Below, one piece after another: positions 9,318 through 17,785 of a DNA stretch of 64,000 nucleotides (position 1 is the first letter of the stretch; each line of letters begins with the position of its first letter). This DNA is from Candidatus Latescibacterota bacterium. Its GTDB lineage: Bacteria; Latescibacterota; UBA2968. The stretch spans positions 5,920,001-5,984,000 of the forward strand of contig OZ241986.1 in assembly GCA_965204375.1 (NCBI GenBank), written 5' to 3'. The notes beneath the pieces were generated by a model. That model was not told the DNA's origin. It made no database searches and saw only the letters and a program-made list of their open reading frames with translations. Both the position numbers and the translations under genes were made by a program.

Positions 9318-10088
9318 ATGAAATTTAGACCGTGTATTGATTTGAAAGATGGCCGGGTTGTACAAATCGTGGGGGACACGTTGCGCGATGGGGAAACCCA
9401 GCGCGCGGTGACGAATTTTGAGACCGAACGCTCTCCTGCGGATTATGCACGGCTGTATCGCGAGGATGGATTTTGGGGCGGCCATGTGATTGCGCTTGGG
9501 CCGGGCAATGAAGCGGCGGCGTTGGAGGCTCTGGAGGCGTTTCCCGGGGGTCTGCATATGGGTGGGGGTATCACGCCACATAATGCGGAAAAATTTTTGC
9601 GCGCGGGTGCAAGTCATGTGATTGTGACGTCTTATGTTTTCCGCGATGGGCAAATTGATATGAGGCGGTTGGATGAGATGATACGGGCTGTGGGCAAAGA
9701 GCGTTTGGTTCTGGATTTGAGTTGTCGAAGGCGCGGTGATGATTATGTTGTTGTAACGGATCGCTGGCAAAGATTCACGGATGTGACTGTCGGTGAGGAG
9801 ACTTTGAGTGCGTTGGCCGGTTATTGTGCTGAGTTTTTGGTGCATGGAGTTGATGTAGAGGGCAAACGCGCAGGTGTAGAAGAACCTCTGGTGGAATTAT
9901 TGGGCAAATGGTCACCCGTGCCGGTAACTTATGCAGGTGGCGTGCGAGAGCTATCGGATATGCACCGCGTCAATGTGCTGGGCCAGGGTCGGGTAGATCT
10001 GACTATTGGCAGTGCGCTGGATATTTTTGGGGGCGATGTGGCGTATCGCGATGTTGTGGCATGGGCGAGGGGGAAGAGTGAAGTGTGA
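9318..10088 (+). CDS. hisA: ProFAR isomerase, eukaryotic His6-like type
   Basis: 'MKFRPCIDLKDGRVVQIVG', 'GASHVIVTSYVF', 'LVLDLSCR', 'EFLVHGVDVEG', 'DLTIGSALDIFGG'. Start placed at ATG 9318. Confidence 0.9.
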   Translation: MKFRPCIDLKDGRVVQIVGDTLRDGETQRAVTNFETERSPADYARLYREDGFWGGHVIALGPGNEAAALEALEAFPGGLHMGGGITPHNAEKFLRAGASHVIVTSYVFRDGQIDMRRLDEMIRAVGKERLVLDLSCRRRGDDYVVVTDRWQRFTDVTVGEETLSALAGYCAEFLVHGVDVEGKRAGVEEPLVELLGKWSPVPVTYAGGVRELSDMHRVNVLGQGRVDLTIGSALDIFGGDVAYRDVVAWARGKSEV

Positions 10089-10120
10089 AGAAAGAAGTGA
10101 GAAGTGTGAAGGGTGAAATG

Positions 10121-10144
10121 GTAGGGGCGAGGCAGGTCTCGCCC
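10121..10144 (+). repeat. Single GTAG-type REP-like palindrome
   Basis: GTAG-GGGCGAG-GCAGGT-CTCGCCC in the hisA-thiL intergenic region. Confidence 0.5.
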
Positions 10145-10161
10145 ATCATCACGGCAGGGTT

Positions 10162-11160
10162 ATGGATCGTTTTAAGGACATAGGAGAGTTCGGATTTATT
10201 GATCGCATTGCCGCGCACGCACAGCGCAATCGGGTTCTGTGTGGAATCGGAGATGACTGCGCGGTTATGGCTGCCGGTCAGGAGCGCGTGCGATTGGTGA
10301 CGGTTGATGCGATGGTTGAGGGCGTGCACTTTCTGTCGCAGGCACCGCCAGAAGGCGTGGGGTACAAATTACTGGCTGCGAGTTTATCCGATGTGGCTGC
10401 TATGGGCGGGAAACCAACAGATGCTGTTGTGGCGGTTAGTGCGTCGGGTGATTGTGATGTGGGTTATGTGGATCGAATTTACAACGGGCTTTTTGCCTGT
10501 GCAGATCGGTTTGATGTGGCTGTTGTGGGGGGGGATACAACGCGCACGTCTGGTGCGCTGGTTTTGAGTTTGACGCTTACGGGTGAGATGGCGCGAGATC
10601 AGGTGTGTTATCGGTCTGGGGCGCAAGTGGGTGATGCGGTCTATGTATCGGGGACGTTGGGCGATGCTGCAGGTGGTTTGGGGGTGGTGTTGGGTGATGT
10701 GGATCTGCCGGGCAAGGTGAGAACCGCGTTGTTACAAAGGCACTATCGACCCGAGCCACGGTTGAATTTGGGACAGGCATTGGCGAAGACAGGTGCGGTG
10801 ACAGCGATGATCGATGTGTCGGATGGATTGGGTTCGGATTTGAGCCATGTTTGCCGGCAAAGTGGCGTGTCGGTTGTGATTCGGGCAGCGACGATTCCCA
10901 TGTCGCGGGCGTTTATAAAATTTTGTGAGGTGAGTGGTGAAAAAAAATTAGATCTGGCACTTACTGGAGGGGAAGATTTTGAGTTGCTATTTTCTGTGTC
11001 TCACACACAGGTCGATAAGGTTGAAGCACTGGCAGAGCAGTATTCTATTTGTCGCATTGGCGAGGTTGTAGCTGGCGATGGTCGTGTGATGATAGAAGAT
11101 GGGGATGGAAAGCGCGTGCTATTGGAAGAGTTGGGATATGATCATTTTGGGGAAGTGTGA
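10162..11160 (+). CDS. thiL: Thiamine-monophosphate kinase
   Basis: 'GEFGFI', 'GIGDDCA', 'SLSDVAAMG', 'GGDT', 'MIDVSDGL..DL', 'GGEDFELLF'. Confidence 0.95.
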   Translation: MDRFKDIGEFGFIDRIAAHAQRNRVLCGIGDDCAVMAAGQERVRLVTVDAMVEGVHFLSQAPPEGVGYKLLAASLSDVAAMGGKPTDAVVAVSASGDCDVGYVDRIYNGLFACADRFDVAVVGGDTTRTSGALVLSLTLTGEMARDQVCYRSGAQVGDAVYVSGTLGDAAGGLGVVLGDVDLPGKVRTALLQRHYRPEPRLNLGQALAKTGAVTAMIDVSDGLGSDLSHVCRQSGVSVVIRAATIPMSRAFIKFCEVSGEKKLDLALTGGEDFELLFSVSHTQVDKVEALAEQYSICRIGEVVAGDGRVMIEDGDGKRVLLEELGYDHFGEV

Positions 11161-11326
11161 AGTATGAAGTGTGAAGTATGAAGTGTGAAGTATGAAGTGT
11201 GAAGTATGAAGTGTGAAGTATGAAGTGTGAAGTATGAAGTGTGAAGTATGAAGTGTGAAGTATGAAGTATGAAGTGTGAAGTATGAAGTGTGAAGTATGA
11301 AGTGTGAAGTATGAAGTGTGAAGTAT
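11152..11326 (+). repeat. Tandem heptamer array, 25 units of GAAGT(G/A)T
   Basis: Counted directly: alternating GAAGTGT/GAAGTAT (14-bp higher-order period) with one phase slip at 11257-11270. Confidence 0.97.
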
Positions 11327-11360
11327 GATGAGGCACCAGCCTTTGGGCGGTGTTGGGTGG

Positions 11361-11408
11361 ACTTCTAACTTCTAACTTCTAACTTCTAACTTCTAACTTC
11401 TAACTTCT
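11361..11408 (-). repeat. Tandem heptamer array, about 7 units of ACTTCTA (TAGAAGT on the minus strand)
   Basis: Seen directly; faces the 11152-11326 array and shares its GAAGT core on the opposite strand. Confidence 0.95.
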
Positions 11409-11744
11409 CGTGACCACGCGTTGTCGCTGGCGTTTTTTTTCTGAACGCTGGCGTTTTTTTTCGAGGCGTTTTTCGATTGAAGATCGGTTGGGGCGGGTTT
11501 TGATGCGCGGTTTGCGCTTTTTGTTGCGTTCGTTCAAGCGGTTTTGCAAACGCTCGAGAGCGAGTTGTTTGTTGCGGTACTGTGAGCGGTGTTCTGTGGC
11601 GATGACCGTAATACCCGTGGGTATGTGGGTCGCGCGTACGGCGGTTTCAACTTTGTTGCGGTGTTGACCGCCAGGGCCAGACCCGCGCATGGTTTGAAAT
11701 TGGACATCCTTCAAGAGCGCGTTTTTGTCGGTGTTTTTAGGCAT
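11400..11744 (-). CDS. arfB: Stand-alone GGQ peptidyl-tRNA hydrolase with basic tail (ArfB/YaeJ-like ribosome rescue factor)
   Basis: 'GSGPGGQHRNKVETAVR', 'RSQYRNKQLAL', and a K/R-rich tail 'PRIKTRP...KRLEKKRQRSEKK'. Confidence 0.75.
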   Translation of the reverse strand: MPKNTDKNALLKDVQFQTMRGSGPGGQHRNKVETAVRATHIPTGITVIATEHRSQYRNKQLALERLQNRLNERNKKRKPRIKTRPNRSSIEKRLEKKRQRSEKKRQRQRVVTRS

Positions 11745-11762
11745 TTTGGATTATAAAAAATA

Positions 11763-11818
11763 AGCGGTCAGTTTTTAACGATCACCCCATGAGACGTGAT
11801 GGCGCAAAACTGACCGCT
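11763..11818 (-). terminator. Long-loop inverted repeat / possible terminator after the S1 gene
   Basis: AGCGGTCAGTTTT ... AAAACTGACCGCT, followed on the minus strand by TATTTTTT. Confidence 0.5.
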
Positions 11819-11834
11819 GAATTTTAATGACCTC

Positions 11835-13112
11835 TCAGGCCAGTCCTGCACGGCGAAGGGCGTCGGCCATGGCATTGTCGCTTTGAGACTCTTGCGTTTG
11901 TTTGGACTTAAATGCGGCCATGTCCTCAATTTCAGCCGTTTGCCTATCTTGTTCTTCAACGGCGCGCATCGAGAGTGAAATGCGCCTTTTACCCGAATCG
12001 ATTTCGCGGATCAAGGCTTTGACTTCTTGACCAACTGAAACGACTTCGCTGGGGTTTGAGATGCGTTTTCCCGAAACGAACTGCGAGATGTGGATCAGCC
12101 CCTCAATACCGGGTTCAATTTCGACAAAGGCACCGAAATTTTGGATTGAAACGACTTTGCCGGTGATGATGCTGCCCGATTGGTAGCGCTCTGCTATTGT
12201 ATCCCAGGGATCTTTTTCCAATGCTTTGATGGAGAGCGATATGCGCTCATTTTTTTTGCCCAGATTCTTGAGGCCGATTATTTTCACGCGCACTTCTTCG
12301 CCTTTTTTTAAGACACTGCGCGGATTTTCTACGCGGGTGTGGCTGATTTCCGAGACGTGTACCAGACCTTCAACGCCTCCGAGGTCAACAAAAGAGCCGA
12401 AGCGTTCTATGCGTGTAATGGTTCCCGTTCTTTCTTCACCTTCTGAGAGTTGTTGGCGCATCTCATCGGCTTTTTTGCGGTTTTCTTCTTCCAGATAAGC
12501 GCGGCGTGAAACGACGACATTGTTGCGTCCCCGCAGTTCAACAATTTTGAAGTTGTGGGTTTGGCCCGCATACGAAGCTGGATCGTCGCAATATCCCGTG
12601 TCGATTTGTGACATGGGGCAGAATGCGCGAAGGCCGCCGATATTCACCACAAGGCCTCCGGTATTGAAGCCGGTGACTTTGCCGGCGATGGGCATGTCGT
12701 TTTGGTGTGCTTGACGCAGGAGTTGACGGCTGGAAACGCGTAACGAAAATGCCAGGCGTATTTCGCCATCGGTGCTGGCGACAAAGGCTTCGATAGTATC
12801 GCCAGTTTTGTATTTTAATTCGCCCGATTCGTCGCGTAGTTCCTGGATGTCTATTGATGCTTCACTGCGTCCGCCAAAGTCGATAAAAGCTGTGGAGTCA
12901 CCGATTTCGCGGAGGGTTCCGGTGACTTTTTCGCCGGTAGAAACTTCGCGATGACTCTGCTTATCGCTTTCTTCGAGCAATGTGGCAAATTCGGTATCAG
13001 GTGTGTCTTCGGCGTATTTTTTGTCGAGTTCTTCGACAGTGGGCGCGTCGTCTGAAGGGGCATTGGCTGGTGTATCGCCAGCCGTTTCGCGTGTTGTTTC
13101 GGGGGTGCTCAT
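11835..13112 (-). CDS. Short (4 S1 domains) 30S ribosomal protein S1-like protein
   Basis: Four S1 repeats including 'GLRAFCPMSQID', 'FGSFVDLGGVEGLVHVSEIS', 'FGAFVEIEPGIEGLIHISQF'; C-terminal 'NAMADALRRAGL'. Confidence 0.85.
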   Translation of the reverse strand: MSTPETTRETAGDTPANAPSDDAPTVEELDKKYAEDTPDTEFATLLEESDKQSHREVSTGEKVTGTLREIGDSTAFIDFGGRSEASIDIQELRDESGELKYKTGDTIEAFVASTDGEIRLAFSLRVSSRQLLRQAHQNDMPIAGKVTGFNTGGLVVNIGGLRAFCPMSQIDTGYCDDPASYAGQTHNFKIVELRGRNNVVVSRRAYLEEENRKKADEMRQQLSEGEERTGTITRIERFGSFVDLGGVEGLVHVSEISHTRVENPRSVLKKGEEVRVKIIGLKNLGKKNERISLSIKALEKDPWDTIAERYQSGSIITGKVVSIQNFGAFVEIEPGIEGLIHISQFVSGKRISNPSEVVSVGQEVKALIREIDSGKRRISLSMRAVEEQDRQTAEIEDMAAFKSKQTQESQSDNAMADALRRAGLA

Positions 13113-13304
13113 AGTTTGTAACCTGTGGAATCGTTTTTGAGGGATGGAGGTTGTTAGGCAGAATAAAGAATTTATAAAGGATATAAAAAATAAGCAACCA
13201 AATTTTCCTCCTCAGGTGAGCGTTTAAATTCATCTCGATCTTGTGCCTGCCAAAAAAAAGTAACATTTTGATCTGTGTGATGTGTTAAAAAATAAAGCGA
13301 TGGG

Positions 13305-13778
13305 TTGTTTATGGACGTCGAATTGTTATATCAAAAATACGGTCCCATGGTGTTGCGGTGCTGTCGGCGGTTGTTGCGAGATGAAGATCGCGCCATGGAT
13401 GCCATGCAAGATGTTTTTGTGCGGGTATTGCAACGCGGGGATCATTTGAAAGTGACCTATCCGTCGAGTTTGCTATATCGCATTGCGACCAATGTGTGTT
13501 TGAATCGCATTCGAGACCAGCGGCTCGATCTGCCGGGTGATGAGAAGTTGATACACATTGCTGGGATTGAAGATATGGAATCGCGGTTGGATGCTCGGGC
13601 GATGCTGGACCGGCTTTTTGCCCGGCACAGAGATTCGACGCGAACAATTGCGGTTTTACATTTTGTGGATGGGTTAACATTGGCAGAAGTCGCTCGGGAG
13701 GTTGGGATGTCGGTTTCTGGGGTGCGAAAACGGTTGCGGAGGTTGAGAGAATCGCTGGAGAAGCTGGAGGAACTATGA
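13305..13778 (+). CDS. ECF sigma factor
   Basis: 'AMDAMQDVFVRVL', 'LYRIATNVCLNRIR', HTH 'GLTLAEVAREVGMSVSGVRKRL'. Confidence 0.9.
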   Translation: MFMDVELLYQKYGPMVLRCCRRLLRDEDRAMDAMQDVFVRVLQRGDHLKVTYPSSLLYRIATNVCLNRIRDQRLDLPGDEKLIHIAGIEDMESRLDARAMLDRLFARHRDSTRTIAVLHFVDGLTLAEVAREVGMSVSGVRKRLRRLRESLEKLEEL

Positions 13779-14539
13779 CGAGGCGACGCGATATTTCCGA
13801 TTGGAAGCTGGAGCGTTTTCGGCTAAATGAATTGCCGGACGAAGAAATGAGAGCCATTCAAAAGGTGCTGGATGAGGATCCGAATTTGAGAGCGCGTCTG
13901 GAGGCACTGGAAGGGTCAGATCGAGAAATTCACGCGTCCTATCCGACTGATTGGGTTGCGCGGCAGGTTGCGCGCCGGTCGGAGAGGCGAGGGGTGCCGA
14001 GTATATCGCGGTTCGGTCCGCGTTTGGCATTGGCCGCGGTGGTGTTGCTCGCCGTTGTTTTTTCGATCTATTTGCCGGGGCCTGAAGTGCCACCAGCCTG
14101 GGATCGGAAAGGCATGGATGGCATTCGGTTAAAAGGCGTAAAGCCGGATTTGTTGTTGTATCGAAAAAGAGTGTCTGAGGTTGAACAATTGGCGGATAGC
14201 AGTGTGGCTTATGCAGGCGATTTGATTCAGATTTTTTATCGCGCAGCGGGCAAGCCTTTTGGGGTGATTGTGTCTGTGGATGGGCGCGGGACTGTGACGC
14301 GGCATTTGCCCGCAGCGGGAACGAGATCCGTGCGCTTGATACAGGGCGATCCCGTGCCGCTGGATTATTCTTATGAATTGGATGATGCCCCAAAGTGGGA
14401 GCGGTTTTATTTTTTGACAGCAGATACGTCTTTTGACGTGCGCGATGTGGCGCAAGCGGCAGAGGGCGGTCCCGATTCATTGAGGGTGGGAAGAGAAATT
14501 GAGCAATTTGCCATTACGCTTTACAAAGGGGGCAGGTGA
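13775..14539 (+). CDS. Membrane anti-sigma factor-like protein (ActD-like) with extracytoplasmic beta domain
   Basis: ATGA overlap with the sigma gene; N-terminal 'LERFRLNELP' helical domain, one TM, 'IRLKG', 'GDLIQIFY', 'SVDGRGTVTRHLP', 'SYELDDAPKWERF'. Confidence 0.75.
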   Translation: MTRRRDISDWKLERFRLNELPDEEMRAIQKVLDEDPNLRARLEALEGSDREIHASYPTDWVARQVARRSERRGVPSISRFGPRLALAAVVLLAVVFSIYLPGPEVPPAWDRKGMDGIRLKGVKPDLLLYRKRVSEVEQLADSSVAYAGDLIQIFYRAAGKPFGVIVSVDGRGTVTRHLPAAGTRSVRLIQGDPVPLDYSYELDDAPKWERFYFLTADTSFDVRDVAQAAEGGPDSLRVGREIEQFAITLYKGGR

Positions 14540-14584
14540 TGTTGCGTCGATGGATAATATTGTTGGGGATTGGGCTGCTGTTAT
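14539..14584 (+). pseudogene. 5' remnant (signal-peptide-like) of a gene interrupted by the IS element
   Basis: TGATG coupling to the upstream gene; MLRRWIILLGIGLLL, then the IS left end. Confidence 0.6.
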
Positions 14585-16028
14585 CCTTCAGTCCGTAAAA
14601 CCCACAGCCTTTAGGCGTGGGTCGCATGGCGAAGGGCTTAAGGTTTGGGGTGCTTTAGCTCGCGGGGGTGTGGTGAAAAACCTTGCTAAAAGCATCACGA
14701 TTTGAGTATATTATCAATGTCCACTGAAAAGAAAACCAATAGCATTTTTTGTGTCTATAACAGCCCGTTTTGGTCTGATAGCTATTGGCTTTCAGTGGAC
14801 AACCAGAGCGGGCTGTTTCTTTGGTGGTTGTCCATGTATTTGACCTGCAAATACAAGCTGTATAGTCGGTGTGATCGCAACAAATATCTCCACCGAGATA
14901 TAGACGCCTTTGCTGGTGTGTATAACCACTTCATTGCGTTGCACAAGCGGTACTATCGCATGTTCGGCAAGTATCCGAGCAAGTTCACATTGATCAAGCA
15001 TTTGACAAAGCTGAAGAAGACCGCCCGCTTTGCTCATTGGTGCTTGTTGCCGTCTCAGGCATTGCAGAATGTGATTGAGCGCATAGACTTTGGCTATCAG
15101 AAGTTCTTTGCCAAAGACAACAAGCGACCACCACAATTTCGTAGCTGGTTCAAATACAAGTCCTATACACTCAAGCAAGTGGGCTACAAATTTCTTGAAG
15201 GCAACAAAGTGCGTATAGGTAAGCGAGTCTTCAGATACCACAAAAGCAGAGACTTCGATACAGACAGTATCAAGGCGGTCACAGTCAAGCGTGACCGCGT
15301 AGGTGATTTGTGGCTGTGTGTTGTTGCTCTGGCAGGAGGTATCAAGCTGGACATTGCCAAGACGGGTAAAACCGCAGGCTTTGACTTCGGCTTGAAAACA
15401 TACCTCACTGCCAGTGACGGCACACAAATACAATCGCCTTTGTTCTTTTCTCGTAATTCTCGTAAGGTCAAGCGTGCCAACCGCAACCTGTCTCGCAAGC
15501 AGAAGGGCAGCAACAACCGCCACAGAGCAAGATTAACTCTTGCCAGGGTGCATAGGCGTGTTGCCAACCAGAGGCGAGAATACCACTGGTGGCTTGCCCA
15601 CCACCTTTGCAAGCAATATGACGTCATGTGCTTTGAAAAGCTCAATATCAAAGCCATGCAAAGGCTATGGGGCAGGAAAATTAGTGACCTCGGCTTCTTT
15701 GACTTCTTGGCCACACTCAAGTATGTCGCACAAAAGACAGGCAAAAAGGTTGTGCAACTCAACCAGTGGTTGCCTACTTCTAAGACCTGCTCCGCTTGTG
15801 ACACGGTCAAAGAAGACCTTGAACTACGAGACAGAACATTCCGTTGCGATTGTGGTTTCGTCATAGACAGAGACCTCAACGCAGCAATAAACATTCACAG
15901 GTGGGGACATCCACCTTTGGAGGAGGCGACGTAAGACATAGCTCGTATAGTATGCTGTCGCTGTTGATACCACAATCCTCGCTGAAGCACCGAGAATCCC
16001 ACAGGCTTTAGCTGTGGGAGTATGTCAA
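14585..16028 (+). mobile_element. IS200/IS605-family element, TnpB-only (IS1341-like)
   Basis: Left: TTAT|CCTTCAGTCCGT-AAAA-hairpin CCCACAGCC-TTTA-GGCGTGGG. Right: GAAT-hairpin CCCACAGGC-TTTA-GCTGTGGG-AGTATG-TCAA. tnpB inside; no tnpA ORF seen. Confidence 0.88.
14834..15934 (+). CDS. tnpB: RNA-guided endonuclease TnpB
   Basis: 'KYKLY' N-terminus; RuvC-I 'GFDFGLK', RuvC-II 'CFEKLNI', Zn finger 'TSKTCSAC...CDCG', RuvC-III 'DRDLNAAINI'. Start placed at ATG 14834. Confidence 0.93.
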   Translation: MYLTCKYKLYSRCDRNKYLHRDIDAFAGVYNHFIALHKRYYRMFGKYPSKFTLIKHLTKLKKTARFAHWCLLPSQALQNVIERIDFGYQKFFAKDNKRPPQFRSWFKYKSYTLKQVGYKFLEGNKVRIGKRVFRYHKSRDFDTDSIKAVTVKRDRVGDLWLCVVALAGGIKLDIAKTGKTAGFDFGLKTYLTASDGTQIQSPLFFSRNSRKVKRANRNLSRKQKGSNNRHRARLTLARVHRRVANQRREYHWWLAHHLCKQYDVMCFEKLNIKAMQRLWGRKISDLGFFDFLATLKYVAQKTGKKVVQLNQWLPTSKTCSACDTVKEDLELRDRTFRCDCGFVIDRDLNAAINIHRWGHPPLEEAT

Positions 16029-16318
16029 GGATTGAATGCTTATGAGGGAGATCGCATGGTGTTGTTTAATGCGATTTATTGGGTTGATGGCGAAGCTCAT
16101 TTCAGGGATGATTGGCCTCTGGATGATGTTGGCATCGGTGTATTTTTTGATGCGGGTAAGGCGTGGTTTTCAGACTGGGAGCCTGCGGGAACGCGGGTTG
16201 TAACGAATGTGGGATTTGGATTAAAGACCGATAATTTGCGCGTGTTTTTTGCCGTCCGCTGGATGCGAATGATCCGGTTGATTGGCGGGTGTGGGTGCGG
16301 TTTCGCAGGGCATTTTAG
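16029..16318 (+). pseudogene. C-terminal fragment of an Omp85/BamA-TamA-like outer-membrane barrel, frameshifted
   Basis: 'YEGDRMVLFN..Y', 'GVFFDAGKAW', 'NVGFGL'. After an apparent 1-nt deletion near 16253 the shifted frame gives 'RPLDANDPVDWRVWVRFRRAF*', ending in the terminal Phe typical of barrels. Confidence 0.65.
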
Positions 16319-16444
16319 ATTATAGCACAGAATCTCTCGGGTAGTCGTCAAAATAGGCTTTCTGGTACTCTGGGTTCTGGTGGCGATACACTGGTGCAAT
16401 TGCGTGCGATAAATGGAAATGTGAGCTTGTGGAAGTTGCAGTAA
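16319..16444 (+). pseudogene. Start-less C-terminal fragment resembling DUF4097 beta-strand-repeat proteins
   Basis: 'RLSGTLGSGGDTLVQLRAINGNVSLWKLQ*', followed by hairpin GACAGATG-GACGTA-CATCTGTC. Confidence 0.45.
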
Positions 16445-16585
16445 AGGCGAGGTGACAGATGGACGTACATCTGTCTAAAGATGATGCTTTTCTTTTTTGC
16501 CTATTCCTGTTATGTTATTAGCGAATACCGCCATAAACGCTAATAAGCATTATTCTTATTTCATTTTTGAAAATAAGGGGGGATT

Positions 16586-17785
16586 GTGGCACCTGGCATT
16601 GATGGAAAACGCCAACCCCATGGTCGTCTGGTTCAATGTTCAGGCGGTTACTACGCGTTTGTCCCGGCACCCCTTCCACCGCCAATTGCCTGGGATGATG
16701 AACTCGTCACTGCACTTTCCCGCGCTGACCGGGCGATAGGTCGGCTCGCTGGCGAAGGCAGGCGGATGCCGAACCCGCATCTCTTCATCAAGCCATTCCT
16801 GCACAGGGAAGCAGTGCTGTCGAGTCGCATTGAGGGCACCCGGACGACTCTGGGCGAATTGCTCGCTTCACAGGCCGGAGCAAGGGTCGCGCAGAATCCT
16901 GCGGATCTGCATGAGGTCACCAACTACGTCGTCGCACTGGAATACGGCATACAGCGTCTGAATACGCTGCCTCTGTCGCTGCGTCTCATTCGAGAAATCC
17001 ACGAACAACTTATGCGCGGCGTACGGGGTGACACAGCTACTCCTGGCGAGTTTCGAAAAAGTCAGAATTGGATCGGTTCGCCTGGAAGTAGTCTGGTCAA
17101 TGCGATTTACGTGCCTCCACCTGCTGATAAATTGATGGAATGTCTTTACGCCTTCGAGTACTTCCTCCACGACGATACACTGCCTCCCCTGGTGCATGCT
17201 GCGCTTGCCCATTCTCAGTTCGAGGCCATTCACCCGTTCCTGGACGGGAATGGGCGCGTTGGACGCCTGCTTATTACGCTCCTGCTTGTCGAACAGGGGG
17301 TCATGCCCTCACCGCTTCTGTACCTGAGTGCTTATTTGGAAGCCACGCGCCAGGAGTACTACGCACGGCTGTTGGCAGTAACTCAAAATGGGGAGTGGGA
17401 AGCATGGCTGATATACTTCCTACGAGGTGTGGCGATCCAGGCCGAAGATGCTATTGGTCGGATTCAACGCATTGACGAGTTGTTCCAGCACTGGTCGGAG
17501 CAACTCGCCGGAGTCCAATCGGGACAACCAGAGAAGGTGTTGGAGTTGTTTGTCGAAAATCCCTTCTGGACTGTGAGCAAAATTGCAGAAACGCTCAAGG
17601 TCGCCTATACCACGGCTCGGCGTGCTCTGGATCGGCTGGAGGCAGCAGGCATCGTTATGTCTGTTGGGACGGCTAAGCGCAACCGGGTGTACTATGCGCG
17701 AGCCATGCTTGAGATCTTAGAGGCACCGTACATTGAGGGGCAGGATGACTCCGAAGGGGGAGATGTTAATGTGAAGGGTCATTAA
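16586..17785 (+). CDS. Fic family protein (class II-like, C-terminal wHTH)
   Basis: Canonical HPFLDGNGRVGR motif; N-terminal inhibitory-type 'SSRIEG'; C-terminal HTH. Confidence 0.93.
   Translation: MAPGIDGKRQPHGRLVQCSGGYYAFVPAPLPPPIAWDDELVTALSRADRAIGRLAGEGRRMPNPHLFIKPFLHREAVLSSRIEGTRTTLGELLASQAGARVAQNPADLHEVTNYVVALEYGIQRLNTLPLSLRLIREIHEQLMRGVRGDTATPGEFRKSQNWIGSPGSSLVNAIYVPPPADKLMECLYAFEYFLHDDTLPPLVHAALAHSQFEAIHPFLDGNGRVGRLLITLLLVEQGVMPSPLLYLSAYLEATRQEYYARLLAVTQNGEWEAWLIYFLRGVAIQAEDAIGRIQRIDELFQHWSEQLAGVQSGQPEKVLELFVENPFWTVSKIAETLKVAYTTARRALDRLEAAGIVMSVGTAKRNRVYYARAMLEILEAPYIEGQDDSEGGDVNVKGH

Noticed and set aside
11142-11336. 64-aa ORF (HTSYFTLHTSHFIL repeats)
   Set aside because: It is the stop-free strand of the heptamer array and overlaps the end of thiL; not a credible gene.
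11152-11408. Possible CRISPR array
   Set aside because: Contiguous 7-bp units with no unique spacers, and no cas genes nearby.
14702-14833. 44-aa N-terminal extension of TnpB or a tnpA remnant
   Set aside because: No HUH/Y1 or serine-recombinase motif seen; the typical TnpB N-terminus begins at ATG 14834.
16586-17785. Fic gene as part of the IS element or of a toxin-antitoxin pair
   Set aside because: It lies outside the IS right end, carries its own inhibitory-type motif, and has no adjacent antitoxin gene.
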